DNA of 20,201 nt from IMG/VR virus record IMGVR_UViG_3300050145_000014. One strand, 5' to 3'. The stretch comes from a virus (Duplodnaviria > Heunggongvirae > Uroviricota > Caudoviricetes). The position numbers were made by a program, and so were the translations under genes. Shown in pieces: positions 1 to 7,874 of the stretch. Position 1 is the first letter of the stretch. Each line of letters begins with the position of its first letter. A model generated the notes under the pieces. The model did no database searches, was not told where the DNA came from, and was given only the letters and a program-made list of their open reading frames with translations.

Positions 1-57
1 TTCATAACCTTCTTCACATTTCACGGATAGGTTGTTAGCAGCTAGGTCAAATCCCAT
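1..57 (-). CDS. 5' end of a gene running out of the window (MGFDLAANNLSVKCEEGYE...), probable tail assembly chaperone
   Basis: ATG at 55-57 (minus) with AAGGAAATAAGTT upstream; open to the window edge; directly follows the tail tube gene. Function from synteny only. Confidence 0.55.
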   Translation of the reverse strand, partial: MGFDLAANNLSVKCEEGYE

Positions 58-96
58 AACTTATTTCCTTTTCAAGTTGTTTGGTGTTAAAAATTA

Positions 97-125
97 ATTA
101 TACCACCAGTATTGCAGATTTTCAA
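97..125 (-). promoter_or_regulatory. sigma70-like promoter TTGAAA-17-TATAAT
   Basis: Minus strand TTGAAA ATCTGCAATACTGGTGG TATAAT; 17-bp spacer, upstream of the ORF starting at 57. Confidence 0.65.
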
Positions 126-137
126 TAGGAGGTAAAT

Positions 138-168
138 AAAAAGCCCCTAGCTTTCACCAGGGGCTTTT
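138..168 (-). terminator. Rho-independent terminator after the tail tube gene
   Basis: AAAAGCCCCT...AGGGGCTTTT inverted repeat with T-run, ~10 nt past the stop codon. Confidence 0.85.
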
Positions 169-177
169 AAGGCTTTA

Positions 178-1395
178 TCAGATTGAAGTATCTTGAATCT
201 GAATAGTTGTTGCTTCTAGTCCGGTTGATGTATCGGCGTTTAGAAGAGCAGTGAAGCTATGTTGAGAAATGATGCCGTTTTCAGAGTCAGACTTTGTTGC
301 AGTACCAAACTTTACCTTAGGTAGAGTGATTGATACAGCTTGAGCGGTCTTAGAGTTGTCTGAAGTCAGGGCAATAACCAGTGACACAGTTTGTTCTTGG
401 TCGAAGAAAGTACGGAAAGTAGCATCTTGGAAGTAGACACTTACGTTACCAGAAACCTTAATACGTCCAGTGAACACGTCTGCAGCGAAGTTAGATCCGA
501 CAACTTGAGCAGCTTCTAGACCACGTTCGATAGAGATATCTGCAGAAGTGATTACAGCGTAAGCAGTTCCGTTTACGATAACAGCACCGTTAACAGCAGC
601 GAAAATACCATTTGATGTTGCAACTGCCGGAGTTGTAAAATACTGAGTAGTTCCGGTTTGTTCTAGGTTCTTACCTTTTAGGGTAATATCTGTAGTTACT
701 AGGCCTGTTGAAGGTAGTTGTAGGTTTACCCCACCAACCTTCATACCTGTGTAGACTTCTGACTGAGCAATGTCAGAGTAGAATTCTTCAAAAGTATATG
801 AGTCATCTGTGTGACCTGATAGAGGGGCGAAGGTTTCTTTACCGATAACTGCGATAGTTACGCCAGTTACTGCTGTTCCTTCGGCAACCATTGCAGTTCC
901 TGATAGAACCTTGATTGTCATGGTTAGAGCGGTTACTGCAATCACTAGAGCATTGTTTGCTGAGTTTGCAGCATTTAGTGTTCCACCTGATAGGCGAACG
1001 ATATTGCCGACATTAAAACCATCTGTTAGGAAAGAGCCTGATGCACGAGTGATAACCCACACACCAGTACCAGCGCCTGCGGCCATGGTAATTGATAGAG
1101 ATGCTGCTGAAACACCTGCAATGAAGTCTTTAGCTACAACAGACTGGATAAAATCTGTATATGCACCTGGGGAGAATTCCCCGTTAACTGATCCATCGGC
1201 ACTACGGACACCATGTCGCATGTCAGCAACTTGGTAGTCTGTGCGGATTTCGTTTGATTCGTAAGTGTCTTTAGCTAGGTTAAATGCTGAAGTTACTCTA
1301 CGGATATATTTGCCACCTGTCGCGCCAGGAAGAGTCCCCCAAGCGGATTCCTTTTTATAGGCAACCTTTTTACTAACACCCTTTGCAATAGGCAT
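178..1395 (-). CDS. Major tail (tail tube) protein
   Basis: 405 aa; N-terminal motifs AYKKESAWGT, RRVTSAFNL, SNEIRTDYQ typical of siphovirus tube proteins; follows the neck genes; GGAG RBS and terminator. Confidence 0.85.
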   Translation of the reverse strand: MPIAKGVSKKVAYKKESAWGTLPGATGGKYIRRVTSAFNLAKDTYESNEIRTDYQVADMRHGVRSADGSVNGEFSPGAYTDFIQSVVAKDFIAGVSAASLSITMAAGAGTGVWVITRASGSFLTDGFNVGNIVRLSGGTLNAANSANNALVIAVTALTMTIKVLSGTAMVAEGTAVTGVTIAVIGKETFAPLSGHTDDSYTFEEFYSDIAQSEVYTGMKVGGVNLQLPSTGLVTTDITLKGKNLEQTGTTQYFTTPAVATSNGIFAAVNGAVIVNGTAYAVITSADISIERGLEAAQVVGSNFAADVFTGRIKVSGNVSVYFQDATFRTFFDQEQTVSLVIALTSDNSKTAQAVSITLPKVKFGTATKSDSENGIISQHSFTALLNADTSTGLEATTIQIQDTSI

Positions 1396-1421
1396 ATTTA
1401 ATCTCCAATATTAGTTCAAAA

Positions 1422-1832
1422 TTATTCGTAAATCTCGGCAGTTATATCAATTAAGACTGGGATAATTACTTTACCATCAATAATAATTGTGCCTGCGATC
1501 TGAGGTGTTGTAAGAATATGCATAGACATACCACCTTCAACAATTGTCGTTCCTTTAGAAAAGGAATCTCTTATCTGCCCAGCTTTTATAAGAGCCTGGG
1601 TTGTACCTTTTCCAGAGTTATCAGTGATGAACACCTGGAATTGTATATGTTCTCTATAGTAGCCTTTGCCAATAACAGGGTCTTCTGCCCCTAAACTGAC
1701 AAACTGTGTTTTTAAGTACATTCCTGAAGTTGGTGGAATGAAATTAATACCCTCATATGCAATTGGTAATACTGTTTCAACAGAGGAGATTCTTTTTTCA
1801 CAACCTCTTTTTACATTAATAATAGGTTCCAT
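1422..1832 (-). CDS. Tail terminator / tail completion protein
   Basis: 136 aa directly before the tube gene; PIAYEGINFIPP..YL..QF..G..QVFI pattern typical of tail terminators. Confidence 0.7.
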   Translation of the reverse strand: MEPIINVKRGCEKRISSVETVLPIAYEGINFIPPTSGMYLKTQFVSLGAEDPVIGKGYYREHIQFQVFITDNSGKGTTQALIKAGQIRDSFSKGTTIVEGGMSMHILTTPQIAGTIIIDGKVIIPVLIDITAEIYE

Positions 1833-1833
1833 A

Positions 1834-2328
1834 TTACACCTTGAAAGTAGATTTGAATAAAGCTTGGACTATATCTAAAGCGTCTGCTTCAAGATTAACG
1901 ACTTCTTGACCTTTTGTCCCTCTTACAGCAATATCTTTCACATAAGGAACGGCGTTCCAAATATTAATCCTGTCACCAATTTTGAACTTTGTAGAGCCTA
2001 AAAGATTTGAAGACTTATTTGATAGCTTTGCGTTAGAGTAGTCTGCTCGGAGTCCTGAATAAAACCCGGACATATTATAGTCCGAGATATTTAATCCAAT
2101 ATCCCAGTTAGCGATAAGCATACCTTCTTCAGGTTTCCACCCATATTTTTTATACCTCTTACGGTAGAATCCGATATATTTATCAGCATCACCGACAGGG
2201 GTCATAGCGAGGATATTCTCTGTCCAATTTGAGAAGAACTCTGATAGTCCGTGTTTCATTCTTACTTCAAGAGCTTCTCTATAATTCTTCAGAGATGCTG
2301 ATAAGGATGATGTAATACCTACTTTCAT
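1834..2328 (-). CDS. Neck / tail completion protein (HK97 gp10-like position)
   Basis: 164 aa between head closure and tail terminator; TPVGD...ANWDIG...INIWNAVPY motifs resemble gp10-like proteins. Confidence 0.6.
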   Translation of the reverse strand: MKVGITSSLSASLKNYREALEVRMKHGLSEFFSNWTENILAMTPVGDADKYIGFYRKRYKKYGWKPEEGMLIANWDIGLNISDYNMSGFYSGLRADYSNAKLSNKSSNLLGSTKFKIGDRINIWNAVPYVKDIAVRGTKGQEVVNLEADALDIVQALFKSTFKV

Positions 2329-2330
2329 AA

Positions 2331-2684
2331 TTATACAGAAACTGAATTAAGTCTGTATAGGCAAATATCAGACATGTAGATATGAGAGTCTAGTGAAAAT
2401 ACTCTAAATGAACTTCCACTATATGTAATAGAATCCCCAACTTTTGGGGTGAACGCTAAACTACCCGGTAAGTAAAAAGTTACTACTGTCTTACCAATCA
2501 TATCTGGGAAGTTATATTGGTTTGTAATTTGGTGTTTTGGATATGACTGTAGAGAATAATTTGTCTCTGAGATACTAATATCTCCTACAGACGGGTCATA
2601 AATACCATTTGTTTTTGAAGTGTAATTTACTGTTACACCATGAGTTTGGATTGCTTTTATTGATGCTCTTAAAGCTGCGTTCAT
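2331..2684 (-). CDS. Head closure / head-tail joining protein
   Basis: 117 aa; GIYDPSVG and PKVGDSITYSGSSFRV motifs; synteny. Confidence 0.65.
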   Translation of the reverse strand: MNAALRASIKAIQTHGVTVNYTSKTNGIYDPSVGDISISETNYSLQSYPKHQITNQYNFPDMIGKTVVTFYLPGSLAFTPKVGDSITYSGSSFRVFSLDSHIYMSDICLYRLNSVSV

Positions 2685-2686
2685 TT

Positions 2687-3100
2687 TTATACTCCAAAGA
2701 AGGAGTCTAAACCTTCAGCAGAATTTTGACTGATAACTTCAACCTTTTTAGTATTAAGATCGTCAATATTTTCTTGCATCTGATCAAGAAATACACCACC
2801 AACCCAGCCTTGTACATTTTGCAATACTGGGTTATTGTAGGGATCTTTGAGGTAGATCTTCAGGGCTTCTCTATAAGATTCTGCAGCTTTTGACCCCTTG
2901 ATACTGAAAATATCTACAGTAGTATCTTCTGACCTCAAAGAAAGCGTCATTAGGATAATCCTTGCGGCATCCATTGCTGTTTTTGAGATACTGTTATAGT
3001 TCTTACTCAATAGGTAAGTATAAGTATCATCAGGCAGGATAGGGAATTGAATATCAATATCTGCAACTTCCATTCTAACTTTTTGAATATCAGTTGGCAT
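2687..3100 (-). CDS. Head-tail adaptor / connector protein
   Basis: 137 aa directly after the capsid; IQKVRMEVAD...LPDDTYTYLL pattern; AGGAG RBS. Confidence 0.65.
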   Translation of the reverse strand: MPTDIQKVRMEVADIDIQFPILPDDTYTYLLSKNYNSISKTAMDAARIILMTLSLRSEDTTVDIFSIKGSKAAESYREALKIYLKDPYNNPVLQNVQGWVGGVFLDQMQENIDDLNTKKVEVISQNSAEGLDSFFGV

Positions 3101-3141
3101 ATTATCTCCTTAAATATGGACTCAAGAATTTAAGCCCAGAT

Positions 3142-3165
3142 TTAAAGAAGGGAGCCAAAGCTCCC
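3142..3165 (-). terminator. Terminator after the major capsid gene
   Basis: GGGAGC TTTG GCTCCC hairpin followed by TTCTTT on the minus strand, just past the capsid stop. Confidence 0.7.
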
Positions 3166-3170
3166 AACTA

Positions 3171-4187
3171 TTAGTTGCTTGAGAAAGCGCGTACTACAGT
3201 CTGTGGGCGACGTAGAATGTTTAGGAAGTTTGCCTCTGATTCGAGTTCAATCTTCTCATTCTTGGCGTCACGGTATGACCATACATAGGTTTGCTCGCCT
3301 AGAGTATTTACAGTGTCAAACTTCTCAGCAGGACCAAAGTAGGTCTGGAAGCTTTCCATTGTCCCTGATGGAAGAATGTAAGCATCACCGGCTGGGATTA
3401 GACGGGCACCGTTGTAAACACCACGGTACTCAATGAATTCGATACCACCGTGTAGGAAACGACGATAGATACCTGAACCAAGACGTTGACGTAGAGGTTC
3501 TTGGGTACTTGAGTAGTACTTGTAGGCTTCTACAACGTTAGCTTGCTTGATAAGTTTACCGAAGAACTCGGGTGAGCATAGAGCTACGAATCCACCAGCA
3601 ATTTCGCCTGAAAGCATTGTGTCTTGAATTGAAGCAATTGCTGCCTCAATCTTGTCAGTGATATTTGTAGTAGCTGTGCCTAGAACAAAGTCAACTTCAG
3701 TACGAGTGATACCAAAATCAGAATAGAAGTTGGTTGACACAGTACCGTTAGGGGAGTATTGTAGGCCAGTTGTTAGCGTATATGCACGGGCAGCTTCTAG
3801 AGTGATCGCATGGTTCATACGCATACGATTTAGCTTACGGGCCACTACAGCCGCTTCATTTTCAGCAGCATCTGTGTTACCATAGGCGCGCTTACCAGCT
3901 AGGTCGCGGGGGCTAATGTAATCATCAAGTGGGTGGTGAGTAAGCTGGAAAGCGTACATCTTACGGTTGTCATCCTTGTTGACACTATTACGAGTGCCAC
4001 GAGGTTGGTCAGGGATAACAGCTAGAGTACCGTTTGAGTATTCTAGTGTAATAGCATTTTGAGCAACAGATTGAGTACCGAAAATACCTAGTTCATTAAT
4101 CAGGCCCCAAGTGTTTGGGATTAGATTAATTTCAGGAGTTAGGTCGGTAACTTCAAAAGGTTGAGTATAACTACGAACGATAGGCAT
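3171..4187 (-). CDS. Major capsid protein (lambda gpE-like family)
   Basis: 338 aa; DLTPEINLIPNTWGLINELGIF, LAVIPDQPRG, ELESEANFL motifs of major capsid protein E family; strong RBS and terminator. Confidence 0.9.
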   Translation of the reverse strand: MPIVRSYTQPFEVTDLTPEINLIPNTWGLINELGIFGTQSVAQNAITLEYSNGTLAVIPDQPRGTRNSVNKDDNRKMYAFQLTHHPLDDYISPRDLAGKRAYGNTDAAENEAAVVARKLNRMRMNHAITLEAARAYTLTTGLQYSPNGTVSTNFYSDFGITRTEVDFVLGTATTNITDKIEAAIASIQDTMLSGEIAGGFVALCSPEFFGKLIKQANVVEAYKYYSSTQEPLRQRLGSGIYRRFLHGGIEFIEYRGVYNGARLIPAGDAYILPSGTMESFQTYFGPAEKFDTVNTLGEQTYVWSYRDAKNEKIELESEANFLNILRRPQTVVRAFSSN

Positions 4188-4209
4188 AATTATTCCTTAT
4201 ATTTAGTTA

Positions 4210-4605
4210 TTAAACGGCGTCATTAGCCAGGATGTTGATAGCAGCTAGAGATGCGTAAATAACTAGCAGTTGAGGTGCAGTAGGTGTTACAGCAAAGCTT
4301 AGAGCGGCTTTTGAAACAATAACTGGACCACGGACGAGGGCTAGTACCTTAGTATCAGTCGTTACGGGGACAGTCTTGTCTTCAATAACTACAGCTACTG
4401 CAGTTTGTGAGCCATCCACTGCTGCAGGGTCAACTAGCTTGTACTTACCAGTTGCAGTTACTTTTCCAAGTACAGCACCAATGGCATAAGTCTTTGCAGA
4501 AGCTTCGTTTGCAGTTACTTGCTCACGGCAAAAAGCTACTGAAGGTGAATATTCGTGCTTAACGGTATTTGAAAAGCGCAGGGTATCTGTTGCGATTAGA
4601 GGCAT
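4210..4605 (-). CDS. Head decoration protein (lambda gpD-like)
   Basis: 131 aa; GAVLGKVTATGKY...AVDGSQTAVAV motif; directly upstream of the capsid. Confidence 0.85.
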   Translation of the reverse strand: MPLIATDTLRFSNTVKHEYSPSVAFCREQVTANEASAKTYAIGAVLGKVTATGKYKLVDPAAVDGSQTAVAVVIEDKTVPVTTDTKVLALVRGPVIVSKAALSFAVTPTAPQLLVIYASLAAINILANDAV

Positions 4606-4618
4606 GTTTTATCTCCTA

Positions 4619-5509
4619 TTACTTGTTGGCTGCTAGCTGGGCTTTAACAGCCTTTGCAACGGCAGATTCTTCTACAGTTTCCTCTACTTCACCAGAGGCT
4701 CCTGTTTCTTTAAACACTTCTGAAGCATTTGATGCGGCGACTAGGTCTCCTAGGGCTTTTACAACAGCTTCAAAATCTTCATCTTTTTCTACTAGGCCTA
4801 GGGCTTTAAATAGTACAGAGCTTAGTTCAGTACTTGCCACTACAGCAGTTACCTTGTCTAGACGTGACTTTTGGATAAGTTCTTTCTTCGCTTCTTCTGC
4901 AGCGGCGATGATAGAATTAGCCTTTTCTAGGAGAGTTTGAGTATCTGAAAGTTGCTTTTGTACACTTTCAAATAGTCCCTTCTCTACAGTCTCAATTGTT
5001 TGAGGCATCTTATTTTCCTTGATAAGTTTTTGTTTAACTACCTCTACTTGACTGAAAAGAGGTTCAATTTGTGATTGAGTCTCAAATACTTTGAGATAAT
5101 CTTCTTCTGAGAGGGCTACAAGAGCCTTTGAGATATTACCTGAATCCTTTAGAGACTTCAGTACAGTAAAAGCTGCAAGCTTTTCTTCCACATAAGTTTT
5201 CCAATAACTATCTTCTGGATCAACCTCTTTTGGGTCTTCTGTGGGCTCGACATATCCTAGCAGTGCAGCTAGGACTTGGGCATCTTCATACCAAAGTCCG
5301 AAGAACTTTTGTAGAAAATCTGGAACCTCCATTGTTACTTGGATTTGTTGCATCTTTTGGATGGCAGTTTGAGAGAGGGATTTCATAATTAGAGTTTTCT
5401 TTCCGTTAGCTGCACCACCAACAATTGGACCTACAAGGCTAATTGCTGCACCTTCTTTACTGAAGTCAATATTAGAAAGCTTTCGAATTGCTTTTAGTTT
5501 TTCTGTCAT
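4619..5509 (-). CDS. Capsid assembly / scaffold protein
   Basis: 296 aa; N-terminus RKLSNIDFS..AISLVG..GGAANG; E/K/A-rich coiled-coil C-terminus; between protease and decoration genes. Confidence 0.65.
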   Translation of the reverse strand: MTEKLKAIRKLSNIDFSKEGAAISLVGPIVGGAANGKKTLIMKSLSQTAIQKMQQIQVTMEVPDFLQKFFGLWYEDAQVLAALLGYVEPTEDPKEVDPEDSYWKTYVEEKLAAFTVLKSLKDSGNISKALVALSEEDYLKVFETQSQIEPLFSQVEVVKQKLIKENKMPQTIETVEKGLFESVQKQLSDTQTLLEKANSIIAAAEEAKKELIQKSRLDKVTAVVASTELSSVLFKALGLVEKDEDFEAVVKALGDLVAASNASEVFKETGASGEVEETVEESAVAKAVKAQLAANK

Positions 5510-5922
5510 TCTTTACCCTCTAAATTTTCGGCGGCAGCAACGCATTGAATAGATAGTCCATCAAAGGTCCCATCTTTTACACCTTGCCATAGTTCTTCAT
5601 CTTCAAAATAACAAGTTGCTAACCAAGTACCCTTTTTCACATAGGTACCTCCTAAGGTCATATCAACCTTAGAGATATAAGATTCGACAAAAGTAAAAGC
5701 CTCTGTATCTGCAAGATGCAATAGATTAGCTTTTCTGCAATAAGTGTTAAAATTATGGCAGGCCTTTTCAACTTCTTCTTCAGAGTACCAGTCTCCGTGT
5801 TGGTCTGTGGTCATACCATCAGATTCTTGAGGCTCTAATACTACAAAAGTAGCAAGTCTTTTGTCTAAATTAACTGATTTAGCGATTTTTGTATTTTGAA
5901 GCTGATTTGAAGTTGTTGTCAA
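5506..5922 (-). CDS. XkdF-like putative prohead serine protease
   Basis: 138 aa; VVLEP...DQHGDWYSEEEVEKACHNF, HL, VESYI, GTWL, DGTFDGLSI motifs match XkdF-like phage proteases; 4-bp overlap with the next gene. Confidence 0.8.
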   Translation of the reverse strand: MTTTSNQLQNTKIAKSVNLDKRLATFVVLEPQESDGMTTDQHGDWYSEEEVEKACHNFNTYCRKANLLHLADTEAFTFVESYISKVDMTLGGTYVKKGTWLATCYFEDEELWQGVKDGTFDGLSIQCVAAAENLEGKE

Positions 5923-5952
5923 AATCAGCTCCTTTAATAAACGATTAATGTA

Positions 5953-5981
5953 ATTATACCACTAAGTTAGATAATAATCAA
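5953..5981 (-). promoter_or_regulatory. sigma70-like promoter TTGATT-17-TATAAT for the head genes
   Basis: Minus strand TTGATT ATTATCTAACTTAGTGG TATAAT, ~30 nt upstream of the protease start. Confidence 0.65.
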
Positions 5982-6065
5982 GAGATTATTATTATTATCG
6001 CCCTGTCCCCAGTCAGGTTGGCGAATCGACTAGACGGGTGGCGACACTGACAAAGGTGTATCTGG

Positions 6066-7460
6066 TCATGTTGGGCGCTTCTTGAAGCGTGCGCGGCGCA
6101 CCTTGATCGTGGCGCCCCCAGCCCCTGAAAAGACAGCCTCAAGGCGAGTCGTACACCAGCCTGTCGGGAGGGAGGGCAGCACGATAACGGGCGGTTGCAG
6201 CACATCCGGACCAAATGCCTGTGGGCCGTTGCCTGGTGGGTTGGCAGCTTGGGCACCCGCGTACAAGTCGTAGTAGGTCGATGTCGTCGTACCGTCGTTA
6301 TACTCGTGAACTGCCTGGATGCCCTGCAAGTTCGTTCCTGCGCTTGCCTCGACCTCATAGCCGCATTGCAGTACGTTGCCGACAGCCAGCGCACCACGGA
6401 TACCACCTGGTAGGTCTTGAATGAGTTTGACCGTGTCTGCACCTGTCGTCGTCACCGCCAGCGTCAGATCGTTGCCGTAGGCGCCTGCGACATACGTGAT
6501 CGAGGTCGAGGTATCGGCGCGAGTCCCACGGTTGTACGTCCAGCTTGCAGGGACGGTTCCAGATGCGATCACGCCAGCGCCAGCCGTTGCCCCCCCAGTT
6601 GTGGTCGTGAACAACCCGTTGGCGATCAGAGACAGGGGGTTGTTGGCGTTGACCGCTTCGCCGATGGCTGCACAGCGCAGGTCGAACGCAGGGATTCGGG
6701 AACCAACCCATGTGTTGAAAGCCAAAGCAAGTTGATAGGCACCCAGGTTGGTTGTGTGAGTGCCGTCGCCAAGATACCCGGCTTTGAACACTGGCGCAGG
6801 CGTCGTCGTCCATGCCGCGCCGGTCGAGTCCCACAGTGTCTGTGCGGGGTCAAACAACCAGATACGGCGGTCATCGTAGGCCATGGACGACAGGCGGTCA
6901 CGAAGCTCAAACAGCCAGGCGATAGCTGGCGCACCAGTAAATGCAGTTGCCCCCGTCTCATTGAACACGATAGGCGTGATGCCTGCTGCCAACAACATTT
7001 GGCATGCTGCAGAGATGTCGGCGGCGGCGGTAGCTGCGGTAGTGGTGCCGTAGTTGTTCACTCCGCTCAGAATCACGGTGAACTGCGGGCGGTAGGGCAG
7101 TTCAAGAATCAACGCAACTTGACCGGCGAGTGCACTGGTTTGTGTGCCCGACATTGCAAACTTACCAATCATTTTAGCTGGCTGTGCTGCCATAGCATTC
7201 CAACGGTTGTACCAATTAAGCGCGGGGCGATTCTTCCCGCCTGAGCTACTTTGTTGGTCGTTACGACTATCCCCGACAAGGGCAAATGATCCAACCTCTA
7301 CCAAAGAGGCGGCCCTAATTGCAACAAGGGAGGTGGGGTCAGTGATAGCGCCGCTGACTGCATCAGCTTTAAGAGTGTACTCTGTTTTAACACTCCCATC
7401 TGAATACTCTGTTGTAATAAGGCCATTTAGACCTGTCTTAATTTCTGTGATTTGTGGCAT
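6066..7460 (-). CDS. SGNH/GDSL hydrolase (esterase/deacetylase) with C-terminal beta-rich domain
   Basis: 464 aa; SGNH blocks: ALVGDS, FAMSG, ILSGVNN, GDGTH; AGGAAAAT RBS; mostly GC-rich unlike neighbours. Confidence 0.8.
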   Translation of the reverse strand: MPQITEIKTGLNGLITTEYSDGSVKTEYTLKADAVSGAITDPTSLVAIRAASLVEVGSFALVGDSRNDQQSSSGGKNRPALNWYNRWNAMAAQPAKMIGKFAMSGTQTSALAGQVALILELPYRPQFTVILSGVNNYGTTTAATAAADISAACQMLLAAGITPIVFNETGATAFTGAPAIAWLFELRDRLSSMAYDDRRIWLFDPAQTLWDSTGAAWTTTPAPVFKAGYLGDGTHTTNLGAYQLALAFNTWVGSRIPAFDLRCAAIGEAVNANNPLSLIANGLFTTTTGGATAGAGVIASGTVPASWTYNRGTRADTSTSITYVAGAYGNDLTLAVTTTGADTVKLIQDLPGGIRGALAVGNVLQCGYEVEASAGTNLQGIQAVHEYNDGTTTSTYYDLYAGAQAANPPGNGPQAFGPDVLQPPVIVLPSLPTGWCTTRLEAVFSGAGGATIKVRRARFKKRPT

Positions 7461-7469
7461 ATTTTCCTA

Positions 7470-7498
7470 TTGACAAACAAGTAATGTTTTGGTAGACT
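7470..7498 (+). promoter_or_regulatory. sigma70-like promoter TTGACA-17-TAGACT for the antisense gene
   Basis: TTGACA AACAAGTAATGTTTTGG TAGACT, followed by AAGGAG (7511-7516) and ATG 7521. Confidence 0.7.
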
Positions 7499-7520
7499 CC
7501 CTCTTTTACAAAGGAGTCTT

Positions 7521-7874
7521 ATGAAAAATCTTAAAGAGGTTGAAGTCGTTCTTACAAAAGTCTGTACTTTTCTTGATCTTACTTACTACAGTCTCCATAT
7601 CCGTTTTTGGGATAATGATCGCTTAGTATTAAACAATTTAGCATCTTTTCATTTCTATGATGCATTTGCAGAGGTTATAAAGACCCTTGATGCAATGAAC
7701 CAGCAATTTCAGATTAAGCTCTATATTTTTAATAACCCAGAGGTTAAAACTGATATACTGAGTATTGTGAATATGGACGGGAGGGCTAAAGCTTTGAAGC
7801 GCTTAGCAGGAACTCAGAAAAACCAAAAGACCCTAGCTGAATTCCTTAAGTTCCATTCTGTCGAGATCCTTTAA
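7521..7874 (+). CDS. Hypothetical protein (moron-like, antisense to the structural operon)
   Basis: 117 aa; own promoter and strong RBS; fills the portal-SGNH gap, overlapping the portal stop by 4 bp. Confidence 0.75.
   Translation: MKNLKEVEVVLTKVCTFLDLTYYSLHIRFWDNDRLVLNNLASFHFYDAFAEVIKTLDAMNQQFQIKLYIFNNPEVKTDILSIVNMDGRAKALKRLAGTQKNQKTLAEFLKFHSVEIL

Noticed and set aside
911-1237. Antisense ORFs over structural genes (also 4569-4940, 9367-9774, 11913-12176)
   Set aside because: They lie opposite well-supported genes and lack their own expression signals.
6417-7244. 275-aa plus-strand ORF and other overlapping ORFs (5978-6442, 6355-6834, 6626-6961)
   Set aside because: Shadow frames of the GC-rich SGNH gene; no RBS or motif, and stop-poor because of high GC.
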